Positions 53,044 to 64,000 of a DNA stretch of 64,000 bases are shown one piece after another. Position 1 is the first letter of the stretch, and each line of letters opens with the position of its first letter. The DNA lies in NCBI GenBank assembly GCA_951406725.2, contig OX597827.1:64852001-64916000 (forward strand), written 5' to 3'. The notes beneath the pieces were generated by a model that was given only the letters and a program-made list of their open reading frames with translations, made no database searches and was not told the DNA's origin. A program made the position numbers and the translations under genes. The DNA comes from Octopus vulgaris. Lineage: Eukaryota.

Positions 53044-53814
53044 TTATATGGAAAAGGATGCGTGGCGTTCGATCATATAATAATATAAATAATATGTAAA
53101 TATATTGATATAGTACATATATGTATGTATATATGCATATATTTATATATTATTTATATATATTTATGTATATGAATGCATATATAGATTAATATATAAC
53201 ATCCAGCGATGCACACACACGCGCGCACACATATATGTATATAGATGATCGTGGTAATAGATGTATATAGATGATCCAGTGGTAATTTACTAACGATAAG
53301 AGAAATGCTAATACCTTTGACATTTGCGACGTAGTTTTTCATCAGAAATGAGTAACGAGAAAAAGTAGAAGAAAGCGAAAAAAAAAAGGGGAAAATAACT
53401 AGAGGGGCAAAAAAATGATCAGCTGAAAAAAAAAAAAAATAACGAATCGCATACAATAAATTCCGTATAATTTCGAAAAGAGCTAGAAGTGATGAGAAAG
53501 AAAAAAAAAATGGTTTCATGCAAAGGAGCAAAGTGAGAGATAATGTGTGACCGTATATCTTGTGTTAGTGTTCATGTATGTGTGTTTAAGCATAAACATT
53601 TCGCGTAAGAATGGATATGTAGGCGTGTTCTTTACTACAGTGTGTAATTGCGTTGAAAAGCTTGAGTGGGTCATGTGCATTTGTGAATCTGAATGCGATT
53701 ATATGTGATGTGTTGTGTAGTAAGTGGTGTGCGTGCTTAATGTGTATTTGAAAGTTGGTTTTGTGCAGGCAACTGTTTTATTTGCTTGGTTTGTAATGGA
53801 ACCTTTGTATTAGT

Positions 53815-54200
53815 TTTGCTTTTTACAGGTTTCAGTCGCTGGATTGCTGTCAGGCCGAGACGGCTGCTTGAAGGGGTTTAGTCGAACAAATTGTCCGACG
53901 CCAGTACATATATTTCTGAAGTCTGATACTTACTCTGTCTTATAAGACGAAGCGCTAAGTTAAAACGACATACATAAATTAACGCTAGTTTTCAAAGGGC
54001 GAGGGAGACAAGTAGAGACCCCTAAAGTTCATACCTACACGATGTACGAGTACGCTGTTTCCGTGTATTCAATTGGCTCAAAAGGCAATGTTCGGCCCAG
54101 AACTATATCAGAAGATACTTTCTCAAATGATCATGCAGTGAGATTGAACCAAACTCCAAGTAGTTGCAAAGCGTGGTTCTTCGTTACCCAATTACGCCTA
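53815..54200 (-). mobile_element. SINE family B, strongly decayed
   Basis: GTTTCAGTC..TTTAGTCGAACAAAT..GCGCTAAGTTA..GTTTCCGT..CGGCCC..GAAGATACTT. Confidence 0.65.
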
Positions 54201-54218
54201 TATATCAGCGTTGGTGCC

Positions 54219-54256
<38 letters not shown>

Positions 54257-54259
<3 letters not shown>

Positions 54260-54435
54260 TAGATCGTTAGCCACTACACACATTTTTTCTCTCCTTGTTT
54301 TTTCTGTGTCCCCTTCTGTAGAAGCGCGTAGGCTCGAAACGTAAAAAACTTTTTCTATTCTTGAGCGTTATACTAATACATCTGTTTGTTTTGTACACCA
54401 CCTGTCTTCGTCTTTTGTTTTTTGTTTCTTTAACT
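54257..54435 (+). mobile_element. short PLE-type element in (TA)n with a minimal hammerhead-like motif
   Basis: TT-CTGTAGA-A-GCGC-GTAG-GCTC-GAAAC-GT-A-AA at ~54314-54345; flanks homologous to 31436-31650. Confidence 0.72.
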
Positions 54436-54437
54436 CA

Positions 54438-54470
<33 letters not shown>

Positions 54471-54617
54471 AGAAAATGTGTTGTTGAAAATGCACTTAAA
54501 TTTCAGAAACTCGTAAATGTTTAACATACATTTATTTACATATATACCAAACTAGTTTCAAAAATATTTTTTGTTTATTTATGATAAAAGTGTAAAATTA
54601 TAAAAACATCATTATAA

Positions 54618-54720
54618 GTTTCAATGTTGACAAAATCAAAATGTTTCAACGTTGACAAACTGAAATGTTCCAATGTTGTTAAATTAAAATGTTTCAATGT
54701 TGATAAATTATCATGTTCAA
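54618..54720 (+). repeat. degenerate 24-25-bp tandem repeat x4 (GTTTCAATGTTGACAAA..AAAT)
   Basis: Directly visible. Confidence 0.8.
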
Positions 54721-54987
54721 AAGAGGTGTAAGTTTGAAATTAAAACTGTATATTAATTTGTTAGAATGTACAAGGTTCATTAATTTCAGTGATGGTCGAC
54801 AAGTCATACTGAAAAAAAGAAAAAAAAACAGTGTGAGAATTAAAATAGTAAAAAAGGGGGAAATTACAGTTTCTCAGATCTTTAAATTCCGCTTGCAATG
54901 CCATGTTTTAGGGAAAGATGTATTTATAATTTTTTTTTTCTGCGAACGGATCTAATGTATATAAATATATACATGTATATACATATA

Positions 54988-55349
54988 TAGGGTGATTCGA
55001 AAGTCTCCATACATAGGAAAAATTTATTTTTTTATAAGAGACAGTTCATAAAATCCCCTAGATTCCCTAATTTGACCCTCTTGATTTCTATCTTTGGGAA
55101 CATTTGAAAGGCATGGTCTATCGCGGAAAGGTAGAAGACATAAAGGATTAGAAGGAACGTATCACCAACTCCTTTGCACATGTATCACAACATGTGCTAT
55201 TATGAGTTCACAATGAGTGGGGTAAACGTATTGCAATGTGTATTCAAAGCAATCGTAAGCATATAGAGTCTGTTAAATAAAGAAAATACTGTTCTTATAA
55301 ACTGTTTCTTATAACAAAATAAATGGTTCCTATGTATGGCGACCTTATC
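54988..55349 (+). mobile_element. internally deleted mariner-like (rosa/DD41D-type) transposon
   Basis: ~60-bp TIRs (CCATACATAGGAA..TTATAAGAGACAGTT mirrored at 55295-55349); transposase C-terminus PRFPNLT/LDFYLWEHLKGMVY..KERIT..RIAMCIQSNRKHIESVK*; right tip lost. Confidence 0.85.
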
Positions 55350-55354
55350 GCGTG

Positions 55355-55550
55355 TGTACCGTTGGCGATTTTTTCCTCCGTCTTCCCTTCTCTGGATCTT
55401 TCCTTTTCCTATGTTTCTGACGAAGAGCTCCGCTCGAAACGTTAAACCCTCCATCTTCCTTTCCTTCCTAAGCGTTCAATAATACTATATTTGCTCCATG
55501 TCCTCGCGGTGTTGTGTTTTCTCTTTGTGTTTTCATGTTTGGATTAACTT
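55355..55550 (+). mobile_element. short PLE-type element with a canonical minimal hammerhead
   Basis: Same architecture as 31436-31650; ends in (TA)n. Confidence 0.75.
55413..55447 (+). ncRNA. minimal type I hammerhead ribozyme motif
   Basis: GTTT-CTGACGA-A-GAGC-TCC-GCTC-GAAAC-GT-T-AAAC; all core nucleotides present; stem III reduced to the palindrome ACGT. Confidence 0.75.
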
Positions 55551-55590
55551 TATATATATATATATATATATAAACCAGTAAAAGAGTAAG

Positions 55591-55637
<47 letters not shown>

Positions 55638-55640
<3 letters not shown>

Positions 55641-55982
55641 TACTCTTTTACTGGTTTCACACATTTGGCTGCGGCCATGCTGGAGCACCGCTTTAATCGA
55701 GCAAATCCCGGACCGGGCTGCGTGTTGTGTTCTTGAGCAAAGCACTTTATTTCACGTTGCTCCAGTTCACTCAGCTGTAAAAATGAGTTGCGAGTCACTG
55801 TTTTGGAGACAAACACAGACACACAAACACAACACATATCGACCTTTGTCTTTCCCTTCGATAACACTTACAAGGCTTTGGTCGGCCCGAGGCTATAGTG
55901 GAAGACATCTGCCCAAGGTGCCACGCAGTGGAGAACCAGGAACCATGTGGTTGGTAAGCAAGTTACTTACCATACAGCCACT
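55638..55982 (-). mobile_element. mosaic SINE: family B frame with opposite-strand family D-like segments
   Basis: B ends are intact; 55705-55800 matches family D on +; 55838-55868 is non-B sequence. Confidence 0.8.
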
Positions 55983-56624
55983 ATTTATATGTATGTATGT
56001 GTGTGCGTATGTATGTATGTATCTGTGTATGTGTGTATGCATATATTTGTGGTGAATGCGTTGCAATGAGTGTTTGCTTTTATAAAGGGCGAATATGTGA
56101 ATATGTGTGCTGTGATGTGGTGTGTGTGTGTGTGTGTGTGTGTGTGCTTGTGTGTATGCATGTATCCGCTGTATGCATGTATCCGCTGACTGAAGTAGTG
56201 TGTATGTGTTATTGTGTGTGTACGTGTGTATGTGTGCGCATGTTTTTGACTCTGTGTATGTGTGTACCCGAATGATACAATTTTTAAAAGCTGTTAAGGG
56301 AATGTGGGTTGAGAAATGAGAACGTTAGGAACAACGGTCTTGAGGAAAATTAAGCATATTCTGATAATCTTATCTGGTGTGCATGCAAGGTGAGACCAAA
56401 AATAGAGCGAAGAAATGTCGGGTGGAAAGGTTGCTCAATTTAAAAGTAACCTCCGTACCTTAAACACAAAATAAAAAAAAAGAACAAAAACGACACAGAA
56501 AGAAAAGAAACTAAATCTGAACAACCGGCGAGTTCGTCAAAGATAGAATGTCGTTGATAACAGCTCTCCTCAATTAGTACTGATCTGGTGCTACTCCTCA
56601 TCATCACGATAACTAAGGATGCCG

Positions 56625-57400
56625 GTATCATCACCACGAACACTACCACCACAACCATCACAACCATCACAACCATCACAACCACCACTACCAGCACCAG
56701 CAGCAGAACTAACACCATCACTACCATCAATAATATTAACCATCCCCCACCCATCTTCTTTATCACCACCACCACCACAACAACCGTCAAAACCACCACT
56801 ACCAACACCAGCACTACAACCGCCACCACCAGCACCAGCTCTAGCACCAGCAGCACCACCACCACCAGCACCAGCACCACCACCACCATCAATAATATTA
56901 ACCATCCCCCACCCATCTTCATCATCACCACCACCAGCAACACTACCACCAATAATACCTATTTCTTTACTACCCACAAGGGGCTAAATACAGAGGGGAC
57001 AAACAAGGGGATTAAGTCGATTATATCGACCCCAGTGCGTAACTGCTACTTAATTTATCGACCTCGAAAGGATGAAAGGCAAAGTCGACCTCGGCGGAAT
57101 TTGAACTCAGAACGTAACGGCAGACGAAATACCGCAAAGCATTTCGCTCGGCGTGCTAACGTTTCTGCCAGCTCGCCACCACCAATAATACCACCACCAC
57201 CACCACCACTACCACTACCACCACTACCACCACCACCACTACCACCACCACTACCACAACCACTACCACCACTAATACAACCACCACCATGAATAACATT
57301 AAACATGCGCCACTCATCATTACCATCACCACCACCACCACCGCCGCCATCATCGTCATCATCATCGTCGTCATCATCATCATCATCGTCGTCGTCATCG

Positions 57401-57444
<44 letters not shown>

Positions 57445-57943
57445 TTCATCATCAACATCATCATCGTCGTTCTTCACACCACCATAAATGTAGAGCGTGA
57501 TACAGTTAACTGCTTCTCGGTTACGGACACGCAGCAGTAAGGGAAACCAGAACGATTGTCCGTCCTCTCGGCTAGTCGTCTGCTACCAAAGAGTTTCAAA
57601 AAGTTATAATTACTTTAATTATTATGGACAATTAAAATTAACAGATGACAAATTCTGACGTTAAATGTCCGTCGAGAATTTCCCCAAATGATTCCATATT
57701 ATGATAACAACCACAACAACAACAACAAAAACAGCAACAACAACAACAAAAGTCATGATGATGGTGATGATGATGATGATGAAGATGACAGCGATGGCGA
57801 TGGCGACCACGACGACGACGACACGTGGGAGGAAAACGATGATGGTTATGAGGATGGCGATAATGATGCAGATCATGATAACAACAACAACAACAACAAT
57901 AATAGTAATAATAATAAAAATAATAATAATAATGATGATGATG

Positions 57944-57986
<43 letters not shown>

Positions 57987-58228
57987 TAATGATAATAATG
58001 ATGTTGATGATGATAATAATAATATTAATAATAATTATAATAATAATAATAATAATAATGATAATAATAATAATAATAATAATAATAATGGTGATGATGA
58101 TGATAATGATTATAATAATAATAATAATAATAATGATGATGATGAAGATGATGATAATTCTAATAAGGATGGTGGTGATGATGCTGATGATGACGATGAT
58201 GACGATGATGATGATGATGATAATATTG

Positions 58229-58292
<64 letters not shown>

Positions 58293-58300
58293 TGATGATG
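56625..58300. repeat. long (ACC)n/(CAT)n/(AAC)n/(GAT)n/(AAT)n low-complexity region
   Basis: Directly visible; includes a duplicated ACCATCAATAATATTAACCATCCCCCACCCATCTTC at ~56723 and ~56884. Confidence 0.9.
56958..57177 (-). mobile_element. SINE family A (long-tail variant) inserted in (ACC)n
   Basis: Near-identical to 32007-32240. Confidence 0.92.
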
Positions 58301-58531
58301 GCTTTCGATAGCAGTAACCAGTAGAAGTAGAAGGAGGAAGCGGTGGAAAATAAAAGAAAGCTTCATTTATTCGAATTATATTCGCATCAGTAAGGTTATT
58401 TATGCATTTAGGGCCAACAGAGTTTTTCTTTATTGACCACGGTGAAGTGTAGCGGAAGACGAATAAGAAGGGTTGAGGTGGATGAAAAAGAGGCAAGATA
58501 AATAGAGCAGCCGTATTGACGATGGTGGTGG

Positions 58532-58570
<39 letters not shown>

Positions 58571-58800
58571 CAACGAGGAAGAGGATACTACAGAGCGGTG
58601 TTACGATAATAACTTTGATAATGGTTTTGATGGCGATAACGAGGACGATGATGAGGGTGACGCTGATAACGACGGAGATAATTATAATGATGTTAATTAT
58701 AAAATAAACGTGACGCCGGCAACGGCGACTATTTTGATGATGGCTTCGTCGATTTTTTCATTGACGCAAAGATAGAGTTAAGTTTATGAGAGTAATTCTC

Positions 58801-58855
<55 letters not shown>

Positions 58856-58898
58856 TAAATAATAATAATAATAATAATAATAGTAACAATGATAATAA

Positions 58899-59468
<570 letters not shown>

Positions 59469-59489
59469 TCATTATTATTATTATTATTA

Positions 59490-59692
59490 TTTGGCTGATT
59501 CGTTAGAACGCCGGTTGAAATGCTTACCAGTATTTCGTTTGCCGCTATGTTGTGAGTTCAAATTCTGCCGAGGTCGCCTTTGCTTTTCATCGTTTCGGGG
59601 TCGATGAAATAAGTTCCAGTTACGCAGTGGGGTCGATGTAATCGACTAGCCCCCTTCCCTCAAACATTTTCAATGCCTTGTGTCTAGAGTAG

Positions 59693-59695
<3 letters not shown>
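59490..59695 (+). mobile_element. SINE family A (short-tail variant)
   Basis: GAGTTCAAATTCTGCCGAGGTCG..TTTCGGGGTCGATGAAATAAG..GGGGTCGATGTAATCGACTAGCCCC. Confidence 0.88.
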
Positions 59696-59757
<62 letters not shown>

Positions 59758-59760
<3 letters not shown>

Positions 59761-60165
59761 GTTGTCAGAGATCATGAAGAAAAAAAATGCTTTCTAATTG
59801 ATGTATCAATACCGGCTGATGACAACGTGTCTCTAAAAGAAATGGAGAAACTCTCAAAATACAAAGACCTGGAAATAGAGGTAACTAGAATGTGGAATCT
59901 GAAAACAGAAACAATTCCTATCATAGTAGATGCATTAGGCATGATAAAAAATTATTCAGACAAATACATAACAAAAACACCAGGACTTACAAACACATAT
60001 AACATACAGAAAATTGCACTACTAGGCACTGCACACATCCTACGCAGAACACTTTCCATACAATAACCATCAGAGCATCACAACAAATCACAGCACATAC
60101 CGAAAGCACACAGAGCTGTGCTCGGTAGTGAAGTGAAAGCACGCTATAAAAATAAAACTACTGAA
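59758..60165 (+). mobile_element. Dong/R4-clade LINE 3' end (restriction-like endonuclease C-terminus + 3' UTR), open frame
   Basis: IVVRDHEEKKCFLIDVSIPADDNVSLKEMEKLSKYKDLEIEVTRMWNLKTETIPIIV..QKIALLGTAHILRRTL*; (TAA)n on both sides. Confidence 0.92.
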
Positions 60166-60194
60166 TAATAATAATAATAATAATAATATTCATC

Positions 60195-60229
<35 letters not shown>

Positions 60230-60314
60230 TATTATTATTGTTATTATTATTATTATTATCATTATTTATATATTCACAAGAGAATAAACAGTTGAAAAGA
60301 AACATTCGTAACAT

Positions 60315-61075
60315 CGGGTCACGCCAAATAACCTTAGATGCCAAGAACCCTCCTAAGCATCCTAGCTGTCTCTAAGAACATTGTTTTCTGGAGATTGTAC
60401 GAAATTGGGTTTTATGTCAAGTTCCTCTATCCATCTGTTCAAATCTTTATGGACAGTTCCTCATGCACCAATAACTACTGGGATACATTTTAGCCGTTTT
60501 TTCTCTCCATAGCCTCATTAACTCAATGGCTAGAATCTGGTAATTGCTATTTTTTCTCTATACCACTGATATTGATTTTTTTTCATCATTTGGGATTGTA
60601 AAGTCAATTATCCGGCACTTTCTCTTCTCTTTATTTACTACTACTAAATCAGGCCTTCAAGCTTCTATTATTCTTTCAGTTTGAATGTTAAACTCCTACA
60701 ATATCTTATATGTCTAACTTTCTAGTACTTTCAGTATGGTAAAATCCTAGCTTCCTACATAACACCTAGTGGATTACTCTTTCTATGTTATTATGTCTTT
60801 TTCTTGTATTCTTTCTGTACCAGCATGCTATATTTACTTACTATATGAAGAACACTTTCGTCTTTTCTTTTGCATAACCTACATTGATAATCTACTTGTC
60901 TTTTTGTCTATCTTGGCTTTTATTAAATTAGTCCTTATTACTTGATATAGTGCTCCTACTAACAAACTTTCTGTCTCCATTTTTAACCTTCATTTCTGAA
61001 ACCATAATCCTGTCTTACTACTACTATTTGCTGCAACTACCTTTGGTAATCTACCATGCAAAGCATTCTCCTACC
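60315..61075 (-). mobile_element. Dong/R4-clade LINE fragment (zinc knuckle + REL domain), decayed
   Basis: Minus strand: ETESLLV..QVIRTNLIKAKIDK..CRLCKRKDESVLHIVS..QKEYK.RH..RPDLVVVNKEKRKCRIIDFTIP..PVVIGA. Confidence 0.85.
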
Positions 61076-61582
61076 AGTCAGATAATTTCTGTTCTCTTTC
61101 TGGGTTTTTATATTTCGTGTGTGTCTGGTTTCCCTATGTATTGCTGATTCTATATTGTATTGCATCAGTATGTTTTTTATGGGGTTTCGTTTGAGTCTTT
61201 TGCAGTACCAGGTGTCGTATTGTATGTTGTTTGTGCAATACAGGTTGTGTTCTTCTGTTGGATATCGGCCTTCTATGGCCCATATTGTGGGGGTTGTTCA
61301 TTTTATTGGGTATTTACTGTATGAGTTTATACCTGTATGTTTTTGGAGTAGTGTTACTTTGTTGTGTGCTTAAATCATAAATCAACCATTTCATTCTATT
61401 TATGATTATGTGTCTATTGCTCTTTTTATTTTGCTTTTGTTATTTGGTAGTTCCAGTCAAATTATCATTATAATTATTGTTCAAAATTTGGCAGTTTCAG
61501 GCAAATTTCTACTTTACCCCTTGCTACACCACCTTGCTGCTGCGATGTGTATAGCATTTCATTTATCATACCCAATGCTCCA

Positions 61583-61746
<164 letters not shown>

Positions 61747-61959
61747 TGTTGTTGTCATCATCATCATCATCATTATTATTAGAATGGGTTTTCATCCTTT
61801 CAATTTTGTTTCCATTTCTTGCCGACTGTCTTCCCGATACCTAGGGCAAAGAAAATCACCGCATATCTTTTTGACATGTTATCAAAATAAACAACACACC
61901 GGATTGCTCATTTGCAAACCAAATGGAATTTAAAATAATATTTACATGAGTGTTAATTG

Positions 61960-62160
61960 TTCTCACAGCGGAGATACTTGCTCATTCCTAAGGTTGACCT
62001 TCCAATACGTGGCCAAAGCTTAGTTTTTCACTACTAATATAGTGCTCTCAATCTCTTTTTCAGTGATCCTTTCTTCAAGCAATCCCACCGATGTTTGTGG
62101 CTGCTTGGAATTGGCTCTGTAAATCCCTTGTTACGTTATGCTTCTTCATGTTCTTTTTGT
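61960..62160 (-). mobile_element. Dong/R4-clade LINE fragment
   Basis: Minus strand: WDCLKKGSLK..IESTI..ALATYWKVNLRNEQVSPL, homologous to 62850-62970. Confidence 0.65.
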
Positions 62161-62249
62161 ATTTCTTGTTTTTCCCTTTTTTTTCTCTGCTTTCAATACT
62201 CCTTCATACTTAACTGACGCTAGCAACCTTTCCTTACTTTGGGATTGAT

Positions 62250-62518
62250 ATTCTTCTTCTTCTTCTTCTTCTTCTTCTTCTTCTTCTTCCCCTTCATCAT
62301 CCCCTTCTTCTTCTTCCCCTTCTTCATCTCCTTCTTCTTCTTCTTCTTCTTCTTCTTCTTTTTCTTCTTCTTCTTTTTCTTCTTCTTCTTCTTCTTCTTC
62401 TTCTTCTCCTCCTCTTCCTTCTCCTTCTTCTTCTTCTTCTCCTCCTCCTCCTCCTCCTCCTCCTCCTCCTCCTTCTCCTTCTTCTTCTTCTTCTTCTTCC
62501 TATTCTTCTTCTTCTTCT

Positions 62519-62565
<47 letters not shown>

Positions 62566-62581
62566 TTCTTCTTCTTCTTCC
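62250..62581. repeat. (CTT)n/(CTC)n microsatellite
   Basis: Directly visible. Confidence 0.95.
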
Positions 62582-62582
62582 A

Positions 62583-63019
62583 CAACCGCCAGATCCAGTC
62601 TGTTATGCGCTAGCAACTGATCTGTTTGGATTGTGAAATCCCAGAGGATTTTGCTAGTCTCTCTGCGGTTTTACCCATAACCCGTCTTACCTCTCTCTCT
62701 AGCCCCCATTTCTCGTACAGTTTCCAATGTAGCACTTTCGCCACCTGGTCGTTTCGCTAGGACTTGTAGTGGTTTGGGGAAGGTCTATGACATTCATTCA
62801 TGATATGGGCAATGGTTTCATCCACTCTATTGCAGATGCAGCACAACTGTGACGCTTGCTCATACCTAATGATGACCCTCCAGTTCGTGGCCAAAACTTG
62901 GACTTGCGTTGCCTGTATAGAGCGCCCGGTCTCGTTTTTTAGGATTCCTTTCATCAGCCACTCCCATCCAATTTTCCAGCAACTCCTGCTGTGATTACAT
63001 GGAGCTTCTATTCTGGGCA

Positions 63020-63020
<1 letters not shown>
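62583..63020 (-). mobile_element. Dong/R4-clade LINE fragment (CCHC knuckle region)
   Basis: Minus strand: WEWLMKGILKNETG..AT..LCCICNRVDETIAHIMNEC..DQVAKVLHWKL..KILWDFTIQTD. Confidence 0.88.
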
Positions 63021-63390
<370 letters not shown>

Positions 63391-63394
63391 TTGC

Positions 63395-63764
<370 letters not shown>

Positions 63765-63779
63765 CATTATTATTATCAT

Positions 63780-63972
63780 TCAGTAGTTTTATTTTTATAA
63801 CGTGCTTTCACTTCACTACCGAGCGCAGCTCTGTGTGCCTTGGGTATGTGCTGTGATTTGTTGTGATGATCTTATGGTTATTGTATTGAAAGTGTTTTGC
63901 GTAGGATGTGTGCAGTGCCTAGTAGTGCAATTTTCTGTATGTTATATGTGTGTGTAAGTCCTGGTGTTTTTG
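63780..63972 (-). mobile_element. Dong/R4-clade LINE 3' end, same family as 59758-60165
   Basis: Near-identical reverse complement of ~59975-60165; (TAA)n flanks. Confidence 0.92.
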
Positions 63973-64000
63973 CTGTTGTTGTTATTATTATTATTATTAT

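Noticed and set aside
57688-58311. Asp/Asn-rich 207-aa ORF resembling an acidic matrix protein
   Set aside because: Composed of AAC/GAT/AAT repeats, an overlapping frame is equally open, and there is no signal peptide or splice support

Overview
AT-rich, repeat-saturated eukaryotic DNA, either intergenic or intronic. The SINE families, Dong/R4 LINEs in (TAA)n and dense (TA)n, (TATG)n, (CTT)n and (AAT)n microsatellites point to an octopus (coleoid cephalopod) genome; this is an inference from repeat recognition. No host gene can be called with confidence, and almost all listed ORFs are microsatellite or SINE artefacts. Supported content: about 25 tRNA-derived SINE copies in four families (A with a Meta-like domain, B and D with CORE-like centres, and C); a full-length but inactivated IR/DR-type Tc1 DD34E transposon (18370-19983); two rosa/maT-like mariner remnants; a Tc2/pogo-like MITE; and fragments of RTE, Tx1 and many Dong/R4 LINEs. 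The most interesting layer is a set of short non-coding elements inside (TA)n tracts. They carry minimal type I hammerhead-ribozyme motifs and/or perfect fold-back arms, as expected for Penelope-like element (PLE) pLTR derivatives. One subfamily consistently carries a non-canonical CUGU core. All coordinates were read by eye; the ends of decayed copies are approximate.
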